DNA of 64,000 nucleotides, from assembly GCF_009914755.1 (NCBI RefSeq), contig NC_060927.1; one strand, written 5' to 3'. Shown piece after piece: positions 28,301 through 47,549 of the stretch (position 1 is the stretch's first letter; every line of letters starts with the position of its first letter). Below the pieces are notes generated by a model, which worked only from the letters and a program-made list of their open reading frames with translations, made no database searches and had not been told where the DNA came from. A program made the translations under genes and the position numbers. The DNA comes from the human T2T-CHM13v2.0 reference genome, Homo sapiens.

Positions 28301-28632
28301 GTAAAATAAGAATTCAGTTGGTTAAAAGAAACTCACTAGGTCCAGCCCACAATCAAGGTATGGAAATTACACAAAATTGTGAAGAGTCAAAGGTGGGAGA
28401 TCGCTGGCAGCCCCTTATAGAAGCTGCCTATCTCACATACCTGTTGGACAGCTTCTCTCTCCTAGCTGCGGGTATTTGAAGCGGGTGTCGAATCCTGCTC
28501 TTTTTTATGTCTGTTGCCTTTTCTCGCGGTGATGTGTTTCCTGTGTGTTCTGTAATTTTGGATCGTGAGCTGAGCTTCAGAGGGGCTTTATGTGGGGAAT
28601 CCTGGGTGGCCAGGTTTGAGGGAGCCACCTAG

Positions 28633-28991
<359 letters not shown>

Positions 28992-29373
28992 TAGTGCTAA
29001 TATCTCAACTCTGGCATTCCTAGACCACACAGGTAGCATGACTTCATTGTAGGAGTTCCACATTTATATAAGAGAGGCCTGAAAACGCAACGATCTCATG
29101 GGAAACTTGTTCAACACCTAAAGCTCAAATTTTCTCACCTTTCTCTGTTCCCCTGGGTGGAAATTTTTCTGTCCCTTTCTCTAAAGGTGTTGCATTTCTG
29201 TGGCCCCAACTTCATCATGCTTGACTGTAACCCTGACCCCCTGCCTTCTAAGGGCTTCCAAGGCTCAACCCAGCCCTGCCCTCAGGCAGTTGCAGCACCA
29301 GCTCCTCTGTCCCCACCTTGGTTCTCACTTCCCTCTTCACTTCTGGCTTTAGGGGACTTAACTTATTTTCTGA

Positions 29374-29725
<352 letters not shown>

Positions 29726-29802
29726 TAAAATGACATTTGTTTCTTACCCAGCATTTCTAGGTGTTTTGAAGAGGGAGATTTCTCAGGTTATCTAACCTGC
29801 TA

Positions 29803-30305
<503 letters not shown>

Positions 30306-32231
30306 TCACCTTATCCGGGGGTGATGGGGACAGGGGAGGTGCCACATACGCCACTGTCATCCCTTACAATGAGCTCTTCTCCTGCTCGAAAAGAGCCAGC
30401 CTGCTGAGCTTGCTGCCAGGGCCCGTCGCACTGCCTGCGCTGTTTCCCGTCGCACTGCCTGCTCTGTGTTTCCCGTTGCACAGCCTGTGATGTGTGTTTC
30501 CCGTCGCACAGCCTGTGATATGTGTTTCCCATCATGTGTGCACGAGTGTTGTCATGTAGTGTCTGTCACAGGTGTTACCCATCACGTGTGTTTGCATGTT
30601 ACATGTGTGTGGCCTATCAGGTGTACATATGTGTTGTCTGGCACGTGTCAGCATCTGGGCATCCTCCGTGTGCCAGGAGCAGCCAGGTGGCCTGTGAGGC
30701 CTTCTCATGGGAAATGCCCAGATAGGAAGAGCACAGCCAGGAGCCAAGCCCCTGAGTGGCCACTCCCTGTGCCTGGATCACCTTCAAGTCTGCTCAACAC
30801 CAGAGCCTCTGTTCCTTGGCACCATGGACATTAGAATTGACTCGGAACTGGGAAGAGCTGTAGGCCCACAATCCAGGCACCCGCTCCCCGTTCGCCCAGC
30901 ATCCCAGGGGCCCACACCCTTCCAAATATCACCTTGCCCTCCATTCAGAGGTGAATCATCCGAGCGTCAGGTTGCCCAGCTCCGACTGGTTTTGCTGGAG
31001 CCTGCCTGGAGGATGTCGCCAGCCACCTCCAGAGAACACTCAGTCTACAGATGCGGAAGGGGAACTGGAAGCACACAGCGCTGGCCTTCACCCAGCTTAT
31101 GGTGGCACCTCGGGACCGCTTCTGAGTCTGCTTGTCATTGAAGGTCAGCGTGAGGCAGGCAGCGTTCCCTCCCAGATTTAGAAAATGTCAAGTCTCCCGC
31201 CGCACCCTTTTGTGTTTCTTACAGGCCCTGGGGAGCTTGCAGCCGCCACACTAAGGGCTCCAACATGTTACCTCACACACTCAACAGAGAAGGAACCTGT
31301 GGCTCAGATGGGAGACTCCCTGTCCAAGGCCACAGAGTCTGGCCCCAGGGCCCACTAGAGGCTTCAAGAACCAAACTCACATGAGGGCAGAGAGGAGAGA
31401 TGGGGTCAGTTTAGGGCTGGGAGAATCCATAGAGCGATGCTGAGGCAGGCATGGAGCCTGGAGGTACAGACGAGGGCCTCTCCAAAGTCAGGGGTAGAGA
31501 GGCTGTGGGGAGTGAGGAATGGTGTGGGCCAGCCCCGGGCGTGCTGGGGTGCAGCTGGGGGCTCCATGGCCCTCCCACGGCCCCCACTTGTCCTCACCCA
31601 ATCGTTCAGAGCTCTTCATGGCGGGGGTGTCCCTCTCCTCTGGCCACAAGAGGAGCGGGTGGAGGAACGGCACCTTCAGGCCTTGTAGGGGGTCTGCCCC
31701 TCCACCAGCCTGTTTCTCGTGGGCATCGCAGCTGAGGCTGTAGCCGGGAAAGGGTAGTAACCGAGCATAACTGGCCTCCAGCCACCACTTCCAAGGCCCC
31801 TACTGGGCACAGGGTGACCCCACCGTGGCTCGGAAGTGGACCCTGTCCGACGCGGGGGTGGTCGCTGGAGGGCCGAGGATGCCTACACAGGCCCCTGGAG
31901 GGTGTGCCTCCGGAGTCTGTCGCGCCCTCAGGACCCATGGGGGACCAGCAACGCGGTCACACCCTCCTCTGTCTCTGCCAGCCGCTCCGTCGCTCCCTTC
32001 TCCTGGCTGGGATTGGCAAAGGCAGGCAGCTATGGGGGGCGGGGCCTCAGGAGGGAGGACAGGCTGGTGGACGGGGCCTACGGACACCTCGCCCCGCCCC
32101 CAGTGGTGCTCCGCACTCCCCACACCCCGCGGCCCCCCTAGGTCAGGGCCTCCCACCACCGCGCCCAGAGGCCGGGCCAGCCAGGCGTGCACCCCAGGGG
32201 CGCTCCGTCCCCCGCGGCCTGGGACTCCCCA

Positions 32232-37045
<4,814 letters not shown>

Positions 37046-37107
37046 CTGCGGGGGGACAAGGGGTGAGTGTTGAAGTCCGGAACAGCCCAGACCCCAGTCT
37101 CAGAGCC

Positions 37108-37300
37108 CTCCCCGCAGCGCGGGGAGTGCCTCACCCCCCTGCGATGGGGGTCCTAAGAGCCGGGGGGGAAGAGGGGTTGGCTCTTACTCCCCGCATCATG
37201 GGGGGTTCCTCACCCCCCTGCGATGGGGGTCCTAAGAGCCAGGGGGGAAGAGGGGCTGGCTCTTACACCCCGCATCGCGGGGGGCGCCTCACCCCCCTGC
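37108..37300. repeat. GC-rich SATR variant, ~2.5 monomers
   Basis: GGCTCTTACTCCCCGCATCGCGGGGGG..CCTCACCCCCCTGCGATGGGGGTCCTAAGAGCC, same type as 25190-25390 and 27390-27500. Confidence 0.9.
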
Positions 37301-37825
37301 TATGTGTGTCTCTTAATCCGATCAAGTAGATGCCTAAAATTAACCATCAGAATATTTATGCCTGATTCATGTCTGAAATTTCAGGATGAAAGCTATGAAA
37401 TCTCTATTTGTGTTTGTATATCTGTTAAAGTATGTTATGTATATGTGATATATTCTTAACTCCGGAGAGCATTGCAAAATTCATTTATAAAGTCCTCTAA
37501 AAGTGCTCTATTCTAACTTGGCTTGGAAAAAAATAAGCATTTATAAATAAATATTCAGCAAACTCCTAGAAATATAGGAACTGATCAAATGTTTTTTAAG
37601 TTAACACGATTTGGATAAAACTTAGTTAAATAAGATTAATATAATATTTTTGGTATAATAAAACAACTATATCTTCAAAGTTATCACTATTGAATATAAA
37701 ACAAGCATAAATTCCCATTCTGCTTGAGTTCTAGTCAAATAAGCTAATATTATAATTACTAGAAACATAAAATCTTAAAGCTTATAGATTTGATTCTAAT
37801 TAAGTTGTCACTCTTATGAAAAACA

Positions 37826-38359
37826 TTTTTTTATGGTGAAAAGATACACATATATTTAGAGTTAGCCAGCTGGACTCAGTTTAGATGATCCCAATTTTGT
37901 TGCAACATCCAAAGCATCATAATCAGGAGCGAGTCGAACATATGCCTTTTTCTCTTTATCAGGACAAATCAGGGTGGTGACCTTGGCCACATCACTGTCA
38001 TAGAGCTTCTTCACAGCCAGTTTGATCTGGTGCTTGTTGGCTTTAACATCCACAATGAACACAAGTGTGTAGTTTTCTTCTGTCTTCTTCACGGCCGACT
38101 CAGTGGTCAGCGGAAACTTGATGATAGCATAGTGGTCAAGCTTGTTTCTCCTGGGGGTGTTCTTCCGAGGATATCTGGGCTGCCTCTGGAGTCACAGTGT
38201 CTTGGGCCACCTGAAGGTGGGTGACATGTGGATCTTCTTTTTGCATGTGGCTGTGGACACCTTTCAACACTGCCTTATTGGCCTTTAAAGCCTTCGCTTT
38301 GGCTTTGGCTTTAGGAGGAGCAGGAGCTTCCTTCGCTTTTGGTGCCATCTTGTGAAAAG
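37826..38359 (-). pseudogene. RPL23AP: RPL23A processed pseudogene
   Basis: ATG at 38348 reads [23 protein letters not shown]; then [39 protein letters not shown]. Frameshifts, native TAA at 37883-37881, no intron, short A-tail. Possibly RPL23AP49. Confidence 0.95.
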
Positions 38360-39095
38360 CAAAAAACATTATTTCAAATATAATTTGTTTACAGTAAATC
38401 TGCCTAAGAATAGTCTCCAAAGTACTTTTGGTAATTTTTAACCTTAAAGTTAAGCTAAGTAAAAGATTTGCATTAAATATCTAGACCATTTATAAATAAG
38501 ATACAATACTAAAACATTAATTACTGAACACAAGTAATTCAAGTTTATATACTTTTGGCTTCCTATTTTTACAGAGAGACTAAAGATATTTTGGCCCGTT
38601 AATAAACATGTTTTTTTCTGCCACACTGAGGAATTGTATTATGGGGAAACACTTCCCTCTAGATGTTGGGAGATGGTATATTCATACATTTTCTAACCTA
38701 CTATAGAATGCTAATATATTACAGCTTATAACTGTCTACTTCCCAGTTTTCTCTGGAAAATAAAAGATTACTAAGTATTAAAATTATAATCAATATATGT
38801 AAATAAAACTACTAGAAATAATAGAATAACTAGAAACAACTCTATGCTAAGCATGCAAGAAAAGTGGGGCATGTTTCACAAGTAAAGTAGGTTGTATTTT
38901 TTATAAGGAAAACCATACATAAGATACAAATAAAAAGAGATACCTAACCTTCCCTGTGTTATATTTGTATGGGTAAAATGTTATGTTTTCAGAAATTATA
39001 TAAAATTCCTGGAAATTTGTCAATGTCCTCCTTATCCATGCTATGTGCCACCATAGAGTAATGAGTCATAATTCCAATTATTATTTTAAATGTTG

Positions 39096-39395
<300 letters not shown>

Positions 39396-40248
39396 ATGTT
39401 GTATGCCACAGAAAAAATCGAATATCCTTGTCAGTTGTGGTATAATGAACTCTCCTCAGATCTTTCATCACAGCCATTTCATACTTTTGGTCATTTAGAT
39501 ATTATTTCCCCCTGATGCTTTCCTGAAAGCTCCTGCAATCAGCTACAGGTCAGAATATTCGTCTCCAAGACAGGACTCCCTCTGAGACTCACAGAAAAGA
39601 CTATGACAGGTACTCTGGTTATAGGCTTCTGATGATATTGCTTAAATAACTTTAAGACCATACGCTTGACTCAGTTAAGGTCTCCAGAAGTCTGGTTGGG
39701 AAATTGATGGGTTCCTGACACTGCTAACCCAAGATCCACAAGACTGGAATTGATTACATGGCACTGAATGAACTGATGAAAATTGATTATAATTTTATAG
39801 CTTTTTGGAGCATTGCTGGTTCTTTAATATTCTAGTTTCTGGATTTAAGAAATCTCTTTCTCTTACTCTAACTGTAACTTGCAACAATTTAGTAGATTAT
39901 ACTTTTGTAAACAGAAATGAAGCATTTATCTTTTTTTCCCTGCCTGATTTTTCCAGAATTTTGAAATCCTTACTGAATACTCTCATTTCCATGATGATAT
40001 AGTTGTTAGCAAAAGTCCAATAAGAATCTATTCACCTTATAACAGGACATAATTGGAAATTTTGGTTATATTATCAAGATTTTTACTGGAATATCATATT
40101 TAGGAAGTGTACCTAAGATCAGTTATGACAAGCAATTTTAAGGAAGTAAGGTTGACTTTTATGGAGACAATGCTTACAAAGCACTGTGGAAAACTTTGAG
40201 GAAAGTTCTTCCTCAAAGATTATAAAGTCACAACTATCCACTATTTTT

Positions 40249-40249
40249 A

Positions 40250-40277
<28 letters not shown>
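40249..40277. repeat. (TG)n microsatellite
   Basis: Direct. Confidence 0.95.
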
Positions 40278-40280
<3 letters not shown>

Positions 40281-40701
40281 ATTCCAAATCACTTGTCCTA
40301 GCTTGCTCCAGCATGCCTGGACAGAACTAGACAAGTCCCAGCCCATAGTACATGCAATTCCTTATTTGGAGATGCTTCCTTAACTATCCCTGGGCAACTT
40401 CCTTTTCTTTCTTTCTTCTATTCCCCTTACCTAATTAAGAAAGTTTTAAACTAACAGCCAATCGGGTAAAGTGTAAATTGTGAGGTCCTATTCCAGCCAA
40501 TGGAAACTGGACACAGCAGTAGGGTAGATACATCAGGTTATAAGTAACTCTGTCTCCTTTGTTTGATGTGTTCTTGTGGCTGGACAGCTATTGAGTAGCA
40601 CCCTTTCTGCAGAAAAGTAAAGTTCGCCTTGCTAAGAGATCATTTGTTCCCATGTTAATTCTTTTTTTTTTTTTGGAACATCAAAAACTTCATTCCCAAC
40701 A
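40278..40701 (+). mobile_element. ERV LTR fragment
   Basis: Two CAGCCAAT boxes, TATAA, AGTAAA poly(A) signal, ends CATTCCCAACA. Confidence 0.5.
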
Positions 40702-41127
40702 GCACTCTGAGAAAAGCCAGCCTGATACCTAGATTACAGGGTTCACAGCCTTATAGGTTAGTAAGGAAGGTCATTTCATGGTAGGCCCAGGAATTTAGGG
40801 ATATTTTGGGGCCTCAAGAAGAGAGGAATTCACACAAAACTATAAGGACTACAGCTGAAATTTGATAGTATGTTCTTGGCTTGGCTTTTAGCCTGAATAA
40901 GGGCTTTAAAAGTCAAATCTGAGATTCTGTATGAAAACTTCCAGCAAAGAAACCTGAAAGCACCTACGTGGTCATCTCCTGTTCTTGCTGCACTTACGTA
41001 AATAATCAAGCAAAATCTAACAAAACTAGACTTATTTTTAAAACAAGAATAGTCTTACTTTGATTGTGATCAAAAATGATGGTTACTACAGAGAGAAATT
41101 TAATGTTTCAATGGAAAAGTATAACAT

Positions 41128-41392
41128 GGCCGGGCATGGTGGCACATGCCTATAATTACAGCACTTTGGGAGGCCAGGAGTTCAACATCAGCCTGGGCAA
41201 CATGGTGAAATCTTGTCTCTACCAAAAATACAAAAATTAGATGGGCATGATGGCGTGTGCCTGTAGTCCCAGGTAATCAGGAGGCTGAGGAGGGAGGATC
41301 ATTTGCACCCAGGAGGTAGAGGTTGCAGTGAGCTGAGATTGCACCTTTGCACTCCAGTCTGGGTGAAAGAGCCAGACCCTGTCTCAAAAAAA
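41128..41392 (+). mobile_element. Alu with internal deletion
   Basis: GGCCGGGCATGGTGG start; left arm shortened. Confidence 0.85.
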
Positions 41393-41639
41393 ATTTTTTT
41401 AAAGGAAAACTATAGCCATTGTGGGTTATCAGATTCTAGTCTTGTTTCTTGTTTCTTGACTATTTTTACCTCTTTGCGAACTGGATCCTGCCATCTGATG
41501 AATTTTGTCCCACAATGATACTTGGGGAACAAGAAGCCAAGTATTGTCTCTCCTACTAATGCATCTATTGTCAGTTAATTTTAAGGTCTCCAACCCTGGA
41601 ACAAAGTTAGAAAAGGAAGGTTCTGCTCCCCAAAATGCA

Positions 41640-43180
41640 TAACCAAATTGTGGTACATTCATGTAATGGAATACTATTTAGCCATACAAAGGAACAAGCT
41701 ATCAACTCACACAAAGACATGAGTGAATCTTACATGCACATTGCTAAGTGGAAGAAGACAGTCTGAGGAGGATACACACAGTGTGACCTCATTTAATGAG
41801 ACACTGGAGAAGGCAAACTACACAGATGGGAAGCCATTGGCTCCATGGGGTGGGGGTTTGAAGCATTCCATATGATACTTTAATAGTGGGATATCTGCCA
41901 CAATGCATTTTTCAAAATATGCAGAATTTTACAGGCAAATGGTTAAAGCAAACTCTATTCAAATTAAATAAAATTACTCAGGATGTGGAGTATCCCAGGA
42001 CAGAATACATCATGTGAAAAAGAATTTATGCTACAAATTACTATGGTTTGGATGTGGTTTGTCCCCGCAAAAGCTCATGTTGAAATTTAACCCCCACTGT
42101 GTCAGTGTGGGGTGGTGGGGCCTAGTGGACAGTGTTTGGGTCGTGGGGACGGATCCTTCATGAATAGATTAATGTCCTCCATGGGGGTGAGTGAGTTCTG
42201 TTCTCACAGGAATAGATAATTCCTGCAGGACTAGGTAATTAAAAAGAGTCTGGCTTCCTTGGCTTCCCTCTTGCTTTCACTTTTGCTATGTGATCTCTGG
42301 TGCACCCCTTGCTCCCCTTCCACTTTCCACCATGAGGTGAAAAAGACTGAGGCCCCACCAGATGCAACTGCCCAATCTCAGACATCCCAGCCACCAGTAT
42401 TGTGAGCCAAATGAACCTTTTTTACTTATAAATTATGCAGCCTCAGGTATTCTGTTACAGAAGCACAAAATGGACTAAGACACAAATGTAGGTAAAAACT
42501 CACTGAAGGTGTAGGGAAAATGGTGTTGACCTAAGTAACTTTGAAAATGAATAGAATCTGTAGGCTGATGGCAAATGAACTATACTTCATCATTGGATTC
42601 CATTTTATAAAGTTCTTTCCAACAGAAGCAATTGTGAACAATTGTAAAACCACGGTGTCTGTATCTGGAATAAAACAATGACTTACATAAGTCACAGATG
42701 GTGGGAACCAGGTTTCTCACTGTTGAAGTGGGAGGTTACAAATTAGCAAGGCGAGAAGGCTAGAATGATTCATGTGATAGTAGATCAGAGGTGGAGACAT
42801 CAATGTAAACTTATGTTTAGTTTAATATAGATACACACAGTTCTACATAGAAAACTTTATAATTAGGTGTGTATAGGTAGGTTAGACACACACATATACT
42901 TCCTAGCATTGCCAATGAGGGACAAGATACAATGTGCTCATTCAGCAGCCAGATGCAAGTTTTCCTACCATTCTGAAAGGAATCAGGCTCTTTGAAGAAA
43001 TGTCTGATACTAGAACTGGGACAGTAAATATAGGAGCCAGGATAATATAGGTCCAGGGGGGGCCATCGTGTCTCCAGAACCAGAACTGGAAGGTCCAACT
43101 TCCAGGGGGAGAAAGGAAGAGTGTCCTTAGTGAAGTGGAGGGCCTCACAGCAAGATGCCTGGCTTAATCAAACTTGGACA
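41640..43180 (+). mobile_element. Old L1 (L1MC/MD-like) 3' fragments around the MST LTR
   Basis: GTGGTACATTCATGTAATGGAATACTATTTAG and GGGAACCAGGTTTCTCACTGTTG motifs. Confidence 0.55.
42039..42482 (+). mobile_element. Solo MaLR LTR (MSTB-like)
   Basis: TACTATGGTTTGGATGT...AATGGACTAAGACA with 5-bp TSD CAAAT (42034-42038 / 42483-42487). Confidence 0.9.
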
Positions 43181-43194
43181 TACCTGAAGCACGT

Positions 43195-46100
43195 TCAGTG
43201 ACTAAAAGTGCCTACCATGAGCAGCTGGAACCCACTCCCTGAGAGCTTCAAGATGCATGGGTACCTCTTGTACCTGTTTGTAATTACAGCCAAGGACCAG
43301 CAGGCAGCATTACTGCATCCACATGGGGCTTTTACTGGAACCAGTAAGTCTCTGCCAGCCCCTCACAGGCTCCTGGGATGCCACTCGTTCTGGGTCTGTG
43401 GACAGACAACCAGGACACTTGCTCAGTGCCCACCCACTCCTTGTGGCCCACAGCCCATCACTCAACCCCAGCCCCACCATCCCCTGCTTCCTAAGCCGTT
43501 CCTCATGCCAGAAGAAAAGGCAATGCCTTTGTCCCACAGCCTCTGCCTTGTGTCATGTCATGTGGGGGTATGGAATGAACCGGCCAGCCTAAACTCCAGT
43601 GCTTCTGCCTGAAGAATCTGTCCCCACTGTCTGAGTCCCCCTCTAGGGAGCTGTCAGTGGGGGAGAGAGCAGCCCTGGAAGAGAGGCCCACCTGCTTCTG
43701 TCTGACTTCAGGGCAGCCTCTCAGGGCAAGAACCCAGAGCAGATGGAGGCCTCACAGAAGCCTGTGGCAGGGCTCTGGGCTTGGTGGCTGAACATCTCCC
43801 TCTCTGCTGCCAGCCATGGGGCCCAGAACCACCCATTCAAGAGGGTCACCACCACATTGCAGGTGTGCAGCTGGACGGCTCCCCAGGCAGAGCCTGCCAT
43901 GGACTCCATGCACACAGAGGATGCACACCTTGAGGCTGGACTATGAGGAGAACATTCCTGAAGAGGTGCATGAAGCCTGGTCCTGCCGTCACTGGGAACC
44001 CCCTTCCCTCTGGGTACCAGACAGAATTCTATGCACTTTCCTGGAGGCCCCATGCTGGTCTGTTCATTTGGAAGTTTGAGGCTGTCCATGAGGAAGTAAC
44101 AAAAGAGATATCTCAGAGCAGGTTGTGGGGCACAGGCTGAGCCCTTGCCTAGTCCCTCCCTAGTCCCTTTGCAGAGCCAGGGCTGGAACAAGGACCTGTG
44201 GATAATGAGGGAACTGCTCTGCAATAACCGGCCTGAGCAGCTGCTTCAAGAAACAGCCACAATCAAGGCACCTATAGCCCCTGGTGAGTGACTGGCAGCC
44301 TCAGGCCCACCTGCCATCTGTGAGCAGGTTTTCTTGCTAACAGGATGAAAGCAAAGAAAGCTGGAATAAGCCCAGCCCTCTCAGGCACCTTGAAGTCTGT
44401 TGGGGTTCCTTGCAAAGCCTTCTAGCCTTCTGCTTCTTGGCAGCCCACCCAAGCACCTTTTTCTAGCCTCTAAGACTTTGATGCTCTGGAAGGAGAGGGC
44501 CCTACTTTCCACTAGGCTATGGGGCCAGGCCCATCCAGCTCCCTATTTCTACTAACAACCACAGGGCTCTCACCTGGGCACACACTGCCCAACCATAGCC
44601 CTTCTAAGGCAGAAGATCATTTGTCTTGCAGTTTCAGCTTGCTAGGGCTTAAAAGTTATCAGTGCTGTTATTAAGATAGAGAAGTGAGATCATCAGCACA
44701 GGTGACAGCACAGGCCGGGCTGCTGGGGAGGCTGAGGGAGAGTGTCCAGCCTATTCTGCCAGCTGGGCCTTCCCAGGGGTGTCTCGTGACCCAGTCCCTT
44801 AGAGAAGTATGAAGACATCTCAGCAAGGAGCTGGAAGGTGCAGATCAGGGCAGCCCAGCACCACTGATGGTAGAGGGGGGCTACCTCCGATCAAGCTGTG
44901 TCTCCACAGCTGACCCGTGGAGCCAGGAGGTGATTTACAACTTCTGCAAGGCAGTCAGCTCCGTCAGCTGTATGCCCTTCAACATTCACTTCAACTCAAA
45001 CATCCCACCAGAAAGCAGTGGGGACTGGCGAATGCAGCAGCCCTGCAAAGTGGAACAGAGCATCCTGGGGTGGGGGATCTGGGGTCTGCCTGCTCATCTG
45101 AGCACTGCTCCCTGGGGGTGTGCTCTGCAGGCTCCCTGAAGGAGGGCTGGGAGCTCATCAGGGAGACCCTGAGCCTGTGGAACATGCCTGAGGCCATGTC
45201 CATGGGGATTTGTGCCTACTTGCACCTCCTTGCTCATCTCACTATGCTATTGGTGACTGTGCTGAGGTGGGTTTCGAGCATCCCCTGGGCTGTGTCAGCA
45301 CAGGGCTCTGGGCCTGGCCTGGCATTGAGGGATGGCAAATAAGGGGCCTGGGTTTGCATTGTCACCTCCTATGATTCCAGAAAATAAGGAAGTCCAGACC
45401 TGCAGTACTGGAACCCTATCAAAGGGGTTAGGAGGCCGCTCACTTTCCCTCAGGGCTGCATGTGGAGGAGCTGAGGGAGGTTAAGGAGACCCTGGGGACT
45501 CACTTGTTCTGTCTGGGCTTCCCCCAGCTCCACCCTTTGATAACCATTTTCTGGGAAGAGCTCAGGAACCTCTTGTGCTCTAGTGAGGTGGGGCCTTCCC
45601 TCACAGGGTATTGGTGAGGAGGCATTCTGAGACTCTGTGAGTGAGAAGCTAACACAGTGCCTGAGAATACTCATGGGAGCTGTCATCCTCTGTGACCATC
45701 ACGTGACCTCGTAGTGTTCAGACTGCCTGGCCTGGCCTTGGGCTTGGTAAGGCTGTTTTGGGGTCAGCTGCTTTAGACTCCCATTTTCTCTGCATTCAAA
45801 CAGTGACTGTTTTAGTGTTTGCTTATGGGTTTAAAAAATCCTAATATTTCATTTATAGTAGTTTCAGCTTGTATTTGTGTATTTGTATAAATTTTATTAG
45901 AAGAAAGAGGGCTTAAGACAACAGCATTTTAAGAAGGTCTTAATGGGGCATAGACTTTTATGTCACAACAGCTAATACTGACCTCTTTTTCTACCTTTGC
46001 ATAAAGTATACATAGAAAATGTAGCCAGAGGTGGTGAGGCTAAGTGTCTAGAGCTGAGCTGCTTGGGCTTGCTTGCTGGCCTGCAGTCAGGTGGACTCTG

Positions 46101-46430
46101 GCTGCGAGGCAGTGCCCACCCTGAACCTACACCCCCACCCTCTCTCCTTAGTCCCTGAGTAACCAACACAAGGCAGTGCTAATGAGCAGGGGAGTGATGG
46201 GCATCGGGAACCCCAATACTATCCGGGAAGATTTGAATGCCATCTGGGCTGGGACTGTTGTGGGTAGGGGCTGTGGCTGCCTTGGCTTATCATGGTGCCA
46301 CCCACAGATGTGCCTGCCCTGTGCTGCTTCTCCAGCAGCTGGCTGCCTGTGGCCCTGAGCCTTTAACAGCATGCGTGCTACCTCATGCTACTTGTGTTTG
46401 AAAAACCATCCCAACATGATGCTGCTGGAT
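43195..46430 (+). pseudogene. CLUHP: Unprocessed, internally deleted CLUH pseudogene
   Basis: Exon remnants: [28 protein letters not shown] (CLUH [28 protein letters not shown]); [25 protein letters not shown]; DPWSQEVIYNFCKAV..FNIHFN; GSLKEGWELIRETLSL; LSNQHKAVLMSRGVMGIGNPNTI; YLMLLVF..HPNMMLLD|GTGAGT. GT/AG sites are visible. Confidence 0.9.
43957..44052 (+). ncRNA. MIR1324: MIR1324 or close paralog (annotated pre-miRNA; functionality uncertain)
   Basis: Contains CCAGACAGAATTCTATGCACTTTC (44017-44040), the mature miR-1324 sequence as I recall it. GAAGAGGTGCATG can pair with TATGCACTTTC. Confidence 0.7.
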
Positions 46431-47344
46431 GTGAGTGCTGAAAAGGGGGCAGCACCTTTGTCCTGGGGGATTAGGAGCTGACCAGATTCCTCCTGACTCC
46501 CTCCCAAAACAAGTGGGGCTGGTGCTGCAATTAATGATGCCCCCCAGAAGATGTGTTTGCACTGGCTGAACAAGTACATGATACAGAGGCCTAAATGAAG
46601 ACACATGAATGGGGACATCAGTTAGCAGCTGGGAAACAGGTGCCTCTCAGGCCTCTCATTCTTCAGCAAGTGTGGAATATGCCTGTGCCCTTGAGTGTAT
46701 ACATCTGGATTGTATACATCTGGCTGTTGCTTTTGCTGCCACTATCCCCAGGCCCAATCTAGCTTAAAGTCCAGGTTTTAAGTAAAAAAGATAAGAGGAT
46801 TTTCTGTGTTCTGGGATAGGAAGCTAGGGATCTGTGTAGGGCTGGGGTTGGGTGCACATTAGTTTTGTGACAGGATGAGAGCTGCAGTGGTTTTATTAAT
46901 CGTGATAGCCTGGCCTGGTTTTAGCTCCAGGTGAGGGGGAGGGAGTCAGCAGTGGTGGTCCCGGAGACATCCACCTGCCCAGCCCTGGCCTTCCTGCCCT
47001 CAGGCACAGCAAAAGGCACCGCCACAGGCCCCGACTTCCTTCCCTACTCTCTGCAGCCCAGATGGGAAAACTTGGAGGCTACAATCTGAATATATTTTTC
47101 TCCCATTTTAACCCGAGCTGCCTAACACACAGTGGGGGCAGGGTGGGTGAAGGGCCTGGGGAAAAGCAGGGCTGGATCATGGATCCCGGGGGAAATTTAG
47201 AGATGCAAAGTGGTTGTCACCTCTCTGTGGAACCCAGCTCCATACCTGGTCCTTGCCACACAGCCCTTTCTACAGAGAATAGCTCTGGGGCGTTTGGGGA
47301 TCCCTATGGCCCCGGGTGGCTTCCTGTCCCCCGCTGCCTATGCT

Positions 47345-47549
47345 TCTTCCCTTGCCTGCTGTCAGAGCCCAACATGGAGGAGGAGGTTGCCGTCCTGGGA
47401 GCCTGAGGGAGCTCTTCCCTTGCCTGCTGGCAGAGCCCAACGTGGAGGAGGAGGTTGCCGCCCTGGGAGCCTGAGGGAGCTCTTCCCTTGCCTGCTGGCA
47501 GAGCCCAACATGGAGGAGGAAGTTGCCGCCCTGAGAGCCTGAGGGAGCT
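47345..47549 (+). repeat. 68-bp tandem triplication
   Basis: CTTCCCTTGCCTGCTG..CAGAGCCCAACATGGAGGAGGAGGTTGCCG..GAGCCTGAGGGAGCT starting at 47346, 47414 and 47482. Confidence 0.95.

Noticed and set aside
30420-30660. Short degenerate TGTTTCCCGTCGCAC repeats
   Set aside because: Low-complexity minisatellite-like tract with no further structure.
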